Source of the DNA: an uncultured delta proteobacterium
GTDB taxonomy: Bacteria > Desulfobacterota > Desulfobacteria > Desulfobacterales > UBA2156
Direction of reading: 5' to 3'
DNA length: 64,000 nucleotides
NCBI GenBank assembly: GCA_963736855.1
Contig: CAVTQK010000009.1
Location: forward strand, 32,001-96,000
Notes under the pieces: model-generated
What the model was told of the DNA's origin: nothing
Seen by the model: only the letters and a program-made list of their open reading frames with translations
Databases searched by the model: none
Program-made: the position numbers and the translations under genes
Shown here: positions 1 to 8,822 of the stretch, one piece after another
Numbering within the stretch: position 1 is the first letter of the stretch
How the letters are laid out: each line of letters begins with the position of its first letter

Positions 1-29
1 ATGCAGCGCTGTCAGAGTGGCCAACATGA
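1..29 (+). CDS. 3' end of a probable antitoxin gene, cut by the window edge
   Basis: Frame ...AALSEWPT* ends in TGA overlapping the toxin ATG (ATGA 26-29), the usual toxin-antitoxin coupling. Confidence 0.5.
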
Positions 30-382
30 GCAAGCTAAAGCGGGGAATGGTCATCGACGTCAATCTTGATCCTACCAAGGGTTCGGAAACCGGGAAAATT
101 CGGCCATGCGTGATTGTCACGAACAACACGTATAATGCGCGTGTCCCAGTCATCCAGGTGGTGCCATTAACGGCATGGAGTGAGAGAAAAGCCAGCATCA
201 TCACTAATGTGGAAATTGTCCCATCCTCGCATAACGGGTTAACCAAAAAAACGGTGGCGGATTGCCTGCAGACCCGTCCTATTGATCACCGCGCTCGATT
301 AGTCAAAGTACGAGGTAAACTGGAAGACGAGATCATGGCAAAAATTGACGATGCCTTAAAAATTGTTTTCGACCTCGCGTAG
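26..382 (+). CDS. PemK/MazF family toxin (endoribonuclease)
   Basis: KRGMVIDVNLDPTKGSETGKIRPCVIVTN...VVPLT...DCLQTRPID motifs of the MazF/PemK family. Confidence 0.93.
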   Translation: MSKLKRGMVIDVNLDPTKGSETGKIRPCVIVTNNTYNARVPVIQVVPLTAWSERKASIITNVEIVPSSHNGLTKKTVADCLQTRPIDHRARLVKVRGKLEDEIMAKIDDALKIVFDLA

Positions 383-451
383 GACTGAAACCAAAATCAA
401 AACACAAGGGCATAGAAGGCAGGAAGATCCCAATCCGCATCTCATCGCTTG

Positions 452-519
452 GCCCAACGAGTCGTTCCACCGGATCAGCGGGAAAGAGCGCCCGCCTCCC
501 GGTGTACTCTGCGTTCGCC
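452..519 (+). mobile_element. Integron attC recombination site 1 (68 bp)
   Basis: R'' GCCCAAC, 5-nt spacer, L'' GTTCCACC, central hairpin GCGGG/CCCGC, L' GGTGTAC, 5-nt spacer, R' GTTCGCC. Confidence 0.8.
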
Positions 520-531
520 GTAATAAAATAC

Positions 532-562
532 TTGACATATGTTGTATTAAAGCTACAATATA
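532..562 (+). promoter_or_regulatory. Sigma70 promoter with overlapping inverted repeat (probable TA autoregulatory operator)
   Basis: TTGACA 532-537, 16 bp, TACAAT 554-559; TTGTA-N7-TACAA inverted repeat overlaps the -10; ATG only 6 nt downstream, so probably leaderless. Confidence 0.65.
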
Positions 563-565
563 ACC

Positions 566-901
566 ATGGGTGATTCCAAAATAGAACTTCTCGAATATTT
601 AACCGAAGACGGAGAAAATCCCTTCCATAAATGGCTTAATTCACTAAAAGATCGATTCGCACGTGCGCGGATTCGAGTTCGGTTGAATCGTGTAAGACTT
701 GGAAACTTTGGTGATTGCAAACCTGTTGGAAAAGGCGTGAATGAGTTGCGGGTGGATTATGGCCCCGGGTATCGGGTTTATTATGGAAAACCGGAGACGA
801 CCATCGTGATTTTACTGTGCGGAGGTTCTAAAAAATCTCAGTCAAAAGATATTCAGATGGCTCAAGCATATTGGACCGATTTCCAAAGGAGAGCGAAATG
901 A
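566..901 (+). CDS. RelE/ParE family toxin (addiction module killer protein)
   Basis: PFHKWLNSLKD...RLNRVRLGNFGDCKPVGKGVNELRVDYGPGYRVYY signature. Confidence 0.93.
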   Translation: MGDSKIELLEYLTEDGENPFHKWLNSLKDRFARARIRVRLNRVRLGNFGDCKPVGKGVNELRVDYGPGYRVYYGKPETTIVILLCGGSKKSQSKDIQMAQAYWTDFQRRAK

Positions 902-1197
902 AAAAAGTAACTGAAAAATACGAAAATAATCTCAAAGAAGATCTTCTCGATCCTATTGAGGCCGCAGAATATTTAAATGCCGCATTGGAAGATGGTTCCC
1001 AGGAAGTGTTTTTAATGGCGTTAAAAGACGTTGCAAACGCAAAGGGAATTTCTGAAATAGCACGAGAAACGAAACTCAACCGTGAAAATCTTTATCGAAT
1101 TCTTTCAACGCAAGGCAATCCAAAATTAAAAAGTTTGAGTTCTGTTCTTCATAGTGTTGGGTTGAAACTGTCCGTTGAAGTAGAAAATCAGGTTTAA
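898..1197 (+). CDS. HTH addiction module antidote protein (HigA-like antitoxin)
   Basis: AAEYLNAALE...GISEIARETKLNRENLYRILSTQGNP; ATGA overlap with the toxin stop codon. Confidence 0.92.
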   Translation: MKKVTEKYENNLKEDLLDPIEAAEYLNAALEDGSQEVFLMALKDVANAKGISEIARETKLNRENLYRILSTQGNPKLKSLSSVLHSVGLKLSVEVENQV

Positions 1198-1206
1198 GAA
1201 CTATTC

Positions 1207-1265
1207 GGCGAACATATCGCGTCAGCCGACCTCGTAAACTCGGCGGCTGACGCCGATTGTTCCGC
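1207..1265 (+). mobile_element. Integron attC recombination site 2 (59 bp)
   Basis: R'' GGCGAAC, 5 nt, GCGTCAGCCG...CGGCTGACGC perfect stem, 5 nt, R' GTTCCGC; R'' is the reverse complement of the R' of attC1. Confidence 0.8.
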
Positions 1266-1320
1266 GTAGGAACTGACGAGAGGGTAGAATTCCGTTTTGA
1301 CAAATACGAGGAAGGAGCCA

Positions 1321-1767
1321 ATGGACATTCCTGAATACATATCCCAGGTAGAAGTCCAGCGGGTTTGCCGAGAGCTGGGAATCCGCGACTGGACTAGACT
1401 GACAGAGGCGCGTGTACCCTTGGAGGAAGCTGAGATCATCCAAGGAGAGATAGGTGGAGAGGCAACACTGATCTCGAGCGATGAGTTCCGGCAAGGACTA
1501 GAGGTAGAATTGGAGCACGGCTTGTTGTTTCCAGATGCGAATGTCACCAACAACCATCCGATTCTTACAGGCAGGATTGTGCTTGCCCACCTGAAAGAAA
1601 TGCTGGACTACTATGCACGTCTCGAAGTGGCGGAACTTGAGGGGGATCTCCTGAAAGCTGCACGAGCAGGAGACCTGGAAAAACTGGCACAGAAGTATCA
1701 GCAGCTACTCGTAGCCCGTGCGGAGCTATCGGTCCACGAGAGAGCTTCGGGCGTCAAGGCTGACTGA
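1321..1767 (+). CDS. DUF5661-like hypothetical protein, probable third cassette ORF
   Basis: AAGGAG RBS; EFRQGLEVELEHG...NVTNNHPILTGRIVLAHLKE.DYY motif. Confidence 0.7.
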   Translation: MDIPEYISQVEVQRVCRELGIRDWTRLTEARVPLEEAEIIQGEIGGEATLISSDEFRQGLEVELEHGLLFPDANVTNNHPILTGRIVLAHLKEMLDYYARLEVAELEGDLLKAARAGDLEKLAQKYQQLLVARAELSVHERASGVKAD

Positions 1768-2087
1768 GGCCCGACCCTCCCCCGGTTTCGTGAGCAAGGG
1801 GTTGTCTCGCTTGGGGTGCGCAAACGACAGAATCATGACGATTGGCCGGCGTTCTTTGACTCAATGGCAGTCAATGGGCTTCCATACACGAGTATCCATG
1901 CCCTCTTCTGCTATCAAAAATTCAGATCCTGCCAGAGGTTTCTTGATTGGACCCGCCGGACCCCGACGATCCCGCTGACTACCGCAAGGGGGCCAAAATC
2001 GTCGGTTTTCACCGCAATAAAAAGAAAAAGCGCAAAAATGCGAAGTGATCATCTTTGCGCCCTGGTCATACGGTATGCCTAAAAATC

Positions 2088-2113
2088 GAAGCCGGTCAAA
2101 GATGACCGGCTTC
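2088..2113 (-). terminator. Stem-loop downstream of tRNA-Val
   Basis: GAAGCCGGTCA-AAGA-TGACCGGCTTC 11-bp stem followed by GATTTTT on the minus strand. Confidence 0.7.
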
Positions 2114-2130
2114 TAACTAACTGAAATTAT

Positions 2131-2205
2131 TGGTAGGCACGATGAGATTTGAACTCATGACCCCTACCGTGTCAGGGTAGTGCTCTCCCACTGAGCTACG
2201 TGCCT
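2131..2205 (-). tRNA. tRNA-Val(GAC)
   Basis: AGGCACGTAGCTCAGTGGGAGAGCACTACCCTGACACGGTAGGGGTCATGAGTTCAAATCTCATCGTGCCTACCA; cloverleaf, anticodon GAC, encoded CCA. Confidence 0.97.
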
Positions 2206-2222
2206 TTTTAGGTTGAAGCAAT

Positions 2223-2251
2223 TTGATACACGGGTGTTTTTTTGCTGTCAA
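2223..2251 (-). promoter_or_regulatory. Sigma70 promoter of tRNA-Val
   Basis: TTGACA-17 bp-TATCAA on the minus strand. Confidence 0.55.
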
Positions 2252-2450
2252 GGAAAATCCGGAACTGTCATATGGGTTCTTTTGGATAGCTTTCCTAAAT
2301 CATTTTTCTTGTCAAAAGCGGCCAACCATTATAAAAAGATCGACCAACATCACTTTTAAAGCACGAAACGGGAAGCAAGCACCACGCCCCGGCTTTACGG
2401 AATCCTTTTAGTGAATTTTTCTTTTATTTTACCTTCTAGGAGGGACTCTC

Positions 2451-2855
2451 ATGAAACGCATCGAAGAACTGAAGTTTCCCGAAGACCGGCTTTATGCAAC
2501 GGACCATGAATGGGCCCGGCTCGAGAATGGTGGGGCTAAAATCGGCATCAGTGACTATGCCCAGGATCAGTTGGGAGACATCGTCTATGTGGAGCTTCCT
2601 TCCATCGGAAAAACTTTCAAAAAGGGTGAGGTTTTCGGGACCGTGGAATCGGTCAAAGCGGTCTCCGAGCTATATATGCCGATCGGCGGAGAAGTGACGG
2701 CTATCAACGAAACGCTGGCCGATTCGCCCGAGCGGGTCAACCAGTCCCCTTATGAAGACGGGTGGATGATCGTGGTAAAGCCGCTGGATCCATCCGAAAA
2801 AGAAGGCCTCATGACTCAGCCTGCATACCTTGAAATGCTGAAAGGACTTGCCTGA
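2451..2855 (+). CDS. gcvH: Glycine cleavage system H protein
   Basis: DHEWAR, GISDYAQDQLGDIVYVELP, lipoyl-Lys motif VESVKAVSE. Confidence 0.97.
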   Translation: MKRIEELKFPEDRLYATDHEWARLENGGAKIGISDYAQDQLGDIVYVELPSIGKTFKKGEVFGTVESVKAVSELYMPIGGEVTAINETLADSPERVNQSPYEDGWMIVVKPLDPSEKEGLMTQPAYLEMLKGLA

Positions 2856-4186
2856 TGCGCTACCTGCCGCATACCGAAGAAGAGATCTCGGAAATGCTCA
2901 AGGTCGTTGGGGCGGACTCCCTCGAGGATCTTTTCACACAGATCCCGAAGGAATATTGCTGCCGCCTCCGCCTGGCGCTCCCCGAGGCCAAAACTGAATG
3001 GGAGCTTAACGCACACATGGACCGTCTGGCCGGGCGAACAGCATCCGCAGCTCAATGGAAAAACTACATGGGAGCCGGAAGCTACGAGCATTACATCCCG
3101 GCCGTGCTTTCCTACCTGCTGGGCCGGGGTGAGTTCGTCACCTCCTATACCCCGTATCAGCCGGAGATTAGCCAGGGGACCCTCCAGGGAATCTACGAAT
3201 ATCAGACCCTGGCCGCCCGTCTTTTGGGAATGGAGGTCGCCAACGCCTCCATGTACGACGGCGCATCCGCCCTGGCAGAAGCCCTCTTGATGGCCTGTCG
3301 CATCACCCGGAAAAACCGTGTGGTCATTTCCAGGGCCATCCATCCTCATTTCCGGCGTGTGGCTCAAACCTATTTTGCCCCCACAGAGTATACCCTTGAG
3401 GAATTCCCTTTCGGCGAGGATGGAAGAAGCGATCCGGACGGTTTTACAGCGCAGGAGGATTTGGCGGCGGTGGCGGTGCAATCCCCCAACTTTTTCGGGT
3501 GCATCGAAGACTTAAAGGCCTGCGCGGAGAAGGCCCGTCAGGCAGGCGCTCTGTTCATCACCGCTTTTACCGAACCTCTCGCCTACGGTCTTTTGAAAAG
3601 CCCGGGAAGCCTCGGGGCGGACATCGCCTGCGGGGAAGGTCAGAGTTTGGGGATTCCCCAGTCCTTCGGGGGGCCGGGCTTGGGAATGTTTGCAACCAAA
3701 ATGGCATACGTTCGAAACATGCCGGGCCGTCTGGTGGGAAAAACCGCGGACCTGGATGGAAAAAGAGGCTTTGTCCTCACCCTTTCCACTCGGGAACAAC
3801 ACATCCGCCGGGAAAAGGCCACCTCCAACATCTGCACCAACAACAGTCTCTGCGCCTTGTCCGCCGCCATGTACATGGCAGTCCTTGGAAAAACCGGGTT
3901 CAAGGCTCTTTCTCAACTCAACATGGACAAAAGCGCTTATCTCAGGGATCGCCTTTCCCAAAAAGGATTCCTTCAGGCATTCACGGCCCCCAACTTCAAT
4001 GAATTCACCGTGAAGGTCGGTCCGGAATTTGAAAAAAAGCGACGGTCGCTCATGAACAAAGGGATCATCGCGGGGGTTCCTCTTTCAACTTATTATCCGG
4101 AACTTTCCGGGCATTATCTCTTCTGTGTTACGGAAACCAAAACTAAAGAAGATTTGGACACCCTGGTCTCGGAGATGACATCATGA
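2855..4186 (+). CDS. gcvPA: Glycine dehydrogenase subunit 1
   Basis: MRYLPHT, YTPYQPEISQG, NASMYDGASA, REQHIRREKATSNICTN. Confidence 0.97.
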   Translation: MRYLPHTEEEISEMLKVVGADSLEDLFTQIPKEYCCRLRLALPEAKTEWELNAHMDRLAGRTASAAQWKNYMGAGSYEHYIPAVLSYLLGRGEFVTSYTPYQPEISQGTLQGIYEYQTLAARLLGMEVANASMYDGASALAEALLMACRITRKNRVVISRAIHPHFRRVAQTYFAPTEYTLEEFPFGEDGRSDPDGFTAQEDLAAVAVQSPNFFGCIEDLKACAEKARQAGALFITAFTEPLAYGLLKSPGSLGADIACGEGQSLGIPQSFGGPGLGMFATKMAYVRNMPGRLVGKTADLDGKRGFVLTLSTREQHIRREKATSNICTNNSLCALSAAMYMAVLGKTGFKALSQLNMDKSAYLRDRLSQKGFLQAFTAPNFNEFTVKVGPEFEKKRRSLMNKGIIAGVPLSTYYPELSGHYLFCVTETKTKEDLDTLVSEMTS

Positions 4187-5640
4187 AGGAAACAATCGGA
4201 ACAACCGGCCTGATCTTCAACGAGCCTTTGTTGTGGGAAAAGGGACGCAATGGAAGGATCGGATATTCCCTGCCTCGCCAAGATGTCCCATCCCAAACCC
4301 TGAATGCCGAATGGGTCTACGATGGACCGGATTTTCCGGATTTAAGTGAAGTGGATGTAGTACGCCACTACACGCGGCTGTCCCAGTGGAACTACGGCGT
4401 GGATTCCGGGATGTATCCCTTGGGATCCTGCACCATGAAATACAATCCCAAGACCAATGAGAGGCAGGCCGCACTTCCCGGATTTGCCGGCGCCCATCCG
4501 CTTCTCCCTGAAGATCTCTGCCAGGGAACCCTTGAACTCCTGTACGATCTTCAACAGTACCTTGCGGAGATCACGGGCATGGACGCCGTCTCCCTCCAGC
4601 CCGCCGCCGGCGCCCAGGGAGAGTTTGCCGGGATGCTCCTCATCCACGCCTTTCACAAAAGCAAAGGGAAACCCCGGTCTAAAATCCTCGTACCGGATAC
4701 GGCCCATGGCACCAACCCGGCAAGCGCTGCTCTATGCGGGTACCGAAGCGTCGCCGTCAAATCGGGTGCCGAGGGGGTCCTGACCCCGGAGACGGTGGCC
4801 CAACTGATGGACGAGGAAACAGCGGGAATCATGATCACCAACCCCAACACCCTCGGGCTTTTCGAAAGGCACGTGAAAGAGATCGCCGCCATCGTCCATG
4901 GGAAGGGCGGGCTCGTTTATTGCGACGGTGCAAATATGAACGCCCTCATGGGGATCGTGGACATGGCCGCCATCGGGATCGATGTGCTCCATCTCAATCT
5001 CCACAAGACCTTTTCCACGCCCCACGGCGGCGGAGGTCCGGGATGCGGACCCGTATGTGTCAGGGAACACCTTAAGCCTTTTCTGCCGATCCCCCGTATC
5101 ATCCAAAAAAACGGGAAGTTTTCTCTTTCCGAGAATTTCCCGGAATCCATCGGAAAGCTTCACGCATTCTTTGGAAATGTCGGCGTGATGATTAAGGCCT
5201 TCAGCTATATTTTGAGCATGGGACCGGATCACCTGAAAAAGGCCAGCCAATTGGCGGTTCTCAACGCCAATTATGTCAAGGAAAAGCTCAAAGACCTTTT
5301 TTACCTTCCCCACGATGTCTGGTGTATGCACGAATGCGTGTTTTCGGACAAAAACCAACTGGCCGACCATGTGTCCACCCTGGATATGGTCAAGCGCCTG
5401 ATGGATTATGGGTTCCACCCGCCCACCATCTATTTTCCCCTGGTGGTCAGCGGGGCCATCATGATCGAACCTACCGAAACCGAATCCAAGGAAAATCTCG
5501 ACGACTTCATCGAAGCGATGCGCGCCATCGCCAAGGAGGCCAAGGAAAATCCGGGACTGCTGAAATCCGCTCCCACCCGATCCAAGGTCAAGCGTCTCGA
5601 CGAAGTGGCCGCAGCCAGACGTCCCTGTTTGACCGGCTGA
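4183..5640 (+). CDS. gcvPB: Glycine dehydrogenase subunit 2
   Basis: YPLGSCTMKYNP, AHGTNPASA, HLNLHKTFSTPHGGGGPG (PLP lysine). Confidence 0.97.
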   Translation: MKETIGTTGLIFNEPLLWEKGRNGRIGYSLPRQDVPSQTLNAEWVYDGPDFPDLSEVDVVRHYTRLSQWNYGVDSGMYPLGSCTMKYNPKTNERQAALPGFAGAHPLLPEDLCQGTLELLYDLQQYLAEITGMDAVSLQPAAGAQGEFAGMLLIHAFHKSKGKPRSKILVPDTAHGTNPASAALCGYRSVAVKSGAEGVLTPETVAQLMDEETAGIMITNPNTLGLFERHVKEIAAIVHGKGGLVYCDGANMNALMGIVDMAAIGIDVLHLNLHKTFSTPHGGGGPGCGPVCVREHLKPFLPIPRIIQKNGKFSLSENFPESIGKLHAFFGNVGVMIKAFSYILSMGPDHLKKASQLAVLNANYVKEKLKDLFYLPHDVWCMHECVFSDKNQLADHVSTLDMVKRLMDYGFHPPTIYFPLVVSGAIMIEPTETESKENLDDFIEAMRAIAKEAKENPGLLKSAPTRSKVKRLDEVAAARRPCLTG

Positions 5641-5663
5641 TCAGGGTGCACCATAAAAGCCCG

Positions 5664-6380
5664 ATGAACTTATCATCCGGCCATCGATCCTGGCTTGCGT
5701 TCGAATTGCCGCTGATTCCCTATCCGGAAGCCCTGGAATTACAGCATCGTATCTTAGGACAGCGAATCGACGGCACCCTGGATTCCGACGTGGTCCTTAT
5801 CCTTGAACACCCACCTGTTTTTACCCTGGGTCGCCGCGGGGGGCTGGAGAATATGAGGGTCTCTCAAGGGTTTCTCGAGGAACAGGGTGTTGCGGTGGTT
5901 CAGACCGAACGGGGAGGGAACATCACCTACCACGGACCCGAACAATTGGTGATCTATCCCATCGTCGATCTTAGACGCCATCGCCTCTCCATTACCGATT
6001 ACGTCTCCGGTCTCGAGGAGATCATGATTCGCCTTTCAGCTCGATGGGGAGTTGCTGCCCGACGCCGGCCGGAAAATAGAGGCGTCTGGGTGGAAGAAAG
6101 GAAATTGGGCAGCGTCGGAATCGCCGTCCGAAAAAACGTGGCCTTTCATGGATTGGCGTTCAATGCCGCCTTAGACTTGACGCCCTTTTCCTGGATTCAG
6201 CCCTGCGGCCTTTCCGGGATACAAATGACTTCCCTGGCCCAGGAAACCGAAGCCCTTGTTTCCATGGATGAAATCCGTAAAAATGCCGCTCAATGCCTCG
6301 AGGCGGTCTTCGGGGTCAACCTTTATGCAGCGGAACACGGTTTTAATGTCTTCAAAGCCCGTAAGCTGAGAGTAATTTAA
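5664..6380 (+). CDS. lipB: Lipoyl(octanoyl) transferase
   Basis: LEHPPVFTLGR, RGGNITYHGP.QLV.YPI, HGLAFN, PCG motifs; start placed at the ATG after gcvPB. Confidence 0.93.
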   Translation: MNLSSGHRSWLAFELPLIPYPEALELQHRILGQRIDGTLDSDVVLILEHPPVFTLGRRGGLENMRVSQGFLEEQGVAVVQTERGGNITYHGPEQLVIYPIVDLRRHRLSITDYVSGLEEIMIRLSARWGVAARRRPENRGVWVEERKLGSVGIAVRKNVAFHGLAFNAALDLTPFSWIQPCGLSGIQMTSLAQETEALVSMDEIRKNAAQCLEAVFGVNLYAAEHGFNVFKARKLRVI

Positions 6381-6515
6381 GGAAATCGGATTCAGCAGTG
6401 GCCCTCGCTTTGCAACGGCTTCCTGAAACGATCACGCCGGAGGAACATCAGCGGTGGGTCGACCGTTTCACTACTATAGCATCCGTCAAATAGATCCTAT
6501 CTCCGACCAACCGGC

Positions 6516-7052
6516 TCATTCGCCTAAGTTTACAGAGGGTATCGTTCTTCTTCCGAGAACATTGACCGCTTTATGATCCGGAAGGGGCTTACTTTTGGCC
6601 TCTTCCTTAAAAAGCGTTTCCAGATAGGGCAAAGCGGATCCCTGCTCAAAGACCGAGTCTTCTAAAATGCCGTCCGGTGTGAAAACCAGTACCAGCGTGT
6701 CGTAACGTGTTAGATTGGTGTATCCCGAGAAGCTGATGCTCGACCCTGTAAAATCCGTTATCGGAATTCCGAAGGCGAGGCTGTTCTGGGCAAAAATGGA
6801 ACGCTCATACACCAAGAGATCTCTCCCCTTAAGTTCAGCAATCCGGCTTGGCGCCCCGTAAATCGCCAGCGCCTCCCCTATGGTGGTCGACCCGAGCCGA
6901 AGCGCTTCCATTTGGAGCGTGACCGGGTTTCCCTTTGCCTCTCGGAGGATCCGATAGGAAAGGCATCCGTTTCCAGTCAACAGGAAAAAAACAGAGCAAA
7001 GGCCGAGCAGGATGCCTTTAAAACGGAAGTCCATAAGCCGTTTGTTCCGCAT
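6516..7052 (-). CDS. Hypothetical lipoprotein, possibly SmpA/BamE-like
   Basis: Signal peptide ending in GNGC; LRLGSTTIGEALAIYGAP pattern; start position uncertain. Confidence 0.6.
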   Translation of the reverse strand: MRNKRLMDFRFKGILLGLCSVFFLLTGNGCLSYRILREAKGNPVTLQMEALRLGSTTIGEALAIYGAPSRIAELKGRDLLVYERSIFAQNSLAFGIPITDFTGSSISFSGYTNLTRYDTLVLVFTPDGILEDSVFEQGSALPYLETLFKEEAKSKPLPDHKAVNVLGRRTIPSVNLGE

Positions 7053-7401
7053 TTAAGCTGACCCCGAAATGCGTTAAAACATTATCCTTATCAAAAAAGA
7101 GCGCCACCTGATCGTACTGCGTATCGAAGTTGCCCATGGTCAAGAGCACGAGCCATAAAGCCGTCCCTTTGGTCACGGCTCTCCGGTAGATATAGGCGTT
7201 TCCGTTTGACAGTTTGACCATCTCTGTGGGAGCCCCGAACAGCCGGGTAACGTCTGCGGCCACGGTTTTACCCGGCGAAAGAGCATCGATTTTGGACGCG
7301 TCGAACGGTTGATACTCCTTGGTCTTTCCGATGACGGTGCACCCCGTCACGGTCCAACACACGATCATGCCGATGAAAACGGCAATGCTTTTCCTCATCA
7401 T
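7018..7401 (-). CDS. Hypothetical lipoprotein, possibly SmpA/BamE-like
   Basis: MMRKSIAVF...VTGC lipobox; LSPGKTVAADVTRLFGAP...FDKDNVL pattern; purine-rich RBS upstream. Confidence 0.65.
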   Translation of the reverse strand: MMRKSIAVFIGMIVCWTVTGCTVIGKTKEYQPFDASKIDALSPGKTVAADVTRLFGAPTEMVKLSNGNAYIYRRAVTKGTALWLVLLTMGNFDTQYDQVALFFDKDNVLTHFGVSLNAEQTAYGLPF

Positions 7402-7484
7402 TCTTCTCCCCTTTTTCAGCTCATTATGTGATAACCCGAATACCGTCGGCTTGGAGGCGAGCACATTAATCCAACTATCATTCG

Positions 7485-7784
7485 CTAATCCTCCCTTATC
7501 TTTTTCAGATACACCTCCCATTCCATCGGCAGCAGGTGTTTTTTTTGAGTATTGCATTCTTTGCAACTGGTTACCAAGTTTCCCCTGGTGCTTTTTCCCC
7601 CTCTGGACAGGGGAACGATATGGTCCATGGTCAGAGCCCTTGCCGGAAACGGTTTTCCGCAGTAATGGCACTTCCCTTTTGCGAGCTTTCTTTTCCACCA
7701 TTGGGTCTTCCTGAGTTCCCTGGCTTTCCTGCGTTCCGCTGCGAGACGTGTTTCATCGAAATCGATTTCAAACGAATCCGTCAT
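7485..7784 (-). CDS. Small HNH endonuclease
   Basis: CHYCG...LTMDHIVPLSRGG...NLVTSCKECN. Confidence 0.9.
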   Translation of the reverse strand: MTDSFEIDFDETRLAAERRKARELRKTQWWKRKLAKGKCHYCGKPFPARALTMDHIVPLSRGGKSTRGNLVTSCKECNTQKKHLLPMEWEVYLKKIRED

Positions 7785-7867
7785 TTTTCATCCATAATTG
7801 TCAATCAAAACCTACAAGCACCGTTTGATCGCTTGCATTAAATCCAAACGGGAATGAAAAACCCGGG

Positions 7868-8782
7868 TCATTCGTACCCAAATCGCTTCAATGCCTTCGT
7901 GTCCTTCCTCCAATTTTTCTGGACCCGAACCAAGAGTTCCAGAAAAACCCGACACTCTAAAAAGGCTTCGATTTCCTGCCGGGCATCGGCCCCGATCTGC
8001 GAAAGCTTTTGTCCGGCTTTTCCGATCAGGATCCCTTTCTGGGAGTCGCGCTCCACATGAATGGTGGCCTTGATCCGCACAAACGGTCTTTCCGTGCTTC
8101 GGAAAAAGTCGTCCACCGTCACTGCCGTGGCATAAGGAATCTCCTGTCCGGTCAACCGGAAAACCTTTTCCCGGATCCGTTCGGCTACCAGAAACCGCAT
8201 GGACATATCGGTGATCGTATCGTCTCCGAAGTAGGGCGGTCCTTCGGGAAGAAGTCCTTCAAGGGTGCAAAGGAGCGATTCGATTCCCATCCCGTTTTTC
8301 GCACAGATGGGAAAAATCGCCTTAAAAGGATATGCCCCGGCCCATTGTCTCGTCAAGGTGGAAAGGGTTCCTTTATCAACAAGATCGATCTTGTTGAAGG
8401 ATAAAACAGCCCTGGGATTTTTCGACCGAATCGCCTTGATGAGGACTTCTTCGGATTCCAGGTCGGCCGCACCGGCATCAAGAATCAGGAGAACGACATC
8501 GGCTTCCGAAAAAGCCGACAGTGCCTTATTGACGAGCCTGGCGTTGAACGGGGTTGCGCCCTGAAACACACCCGGCGTGTCGAGGAAAAGGATCTGAGAA
8601 CCGGGCCGATGCAAGATTCCCAGGATCCGGTTTCGGGTGGTCTGGGGCTTTCTTGAGGTAATGGAGATCTTTTCCTTGATGACCCGGTTTAAAAAGGTCG
8701 ATTTTCCGGCATTCGGTGGACCGATGAGGGCCACATATCCTGACCGGAAAGGGACGGGATGAGAGCCTCGATTTATCCTCAT
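7868..8782 (-). CDS. era: GTPase Era
   Basis: GPPNAGKST, SITSRKPQTTR, DTPG, NKID, C-terminal KH domain SQKGILIGKAG; start uncertain. Confidence 0.96.
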   Translation of the reverse strand: MRINRGSHPVPFRSGYVALIGPPNAGKSTFLNRVIKEKISITSRKPQTTRNRILGILHRPGSQILFLDTPGVFQGATPFNARLVNKALSAFSEADVVLLILDAGAADLESEEVLIKAIRSKNPRAVLSFNKIDLVDKGTLSTLTRQWAGAYPFKAIFPICAKNGMGIESLLCTLEGLLPEGPPYFGDDTITDMSMRFLVAERIREKVFRLTGQEIPYATAVTVDDFFRSTERPFVRIKATIHVERDSQKGILIGKAGQKLSQIGADARQEIEAFLECRVFLELLVRVQKNWRKDTKALKRFGYE

Positions 8783-8822
8783 TCCAGGATCTGGTCGCTT
8801 CCGGTTGATTTTCTTTCTCTCT

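Noticed and set aside
1768..2087. A third attC site or a real ORF (1816-2082, 1718-1978)
   Set aside because: No AAC...GTT hairpin with the expected GCGGAAC box; the ORFs lack an RBS and recognisable motifs
5322..5663. N-terminal extension of lipB, and similar extensions or antisense ORFs in the track
   Set aside because: They overlap well-supported genes and are shadow ORFs expected in GC-rich coding DNA
7485..7784. HNH nuclease as part of a defence or mobile system
   Set aside because: It sits directly behind era in a housekeeping run with no partner genes or mobility signals
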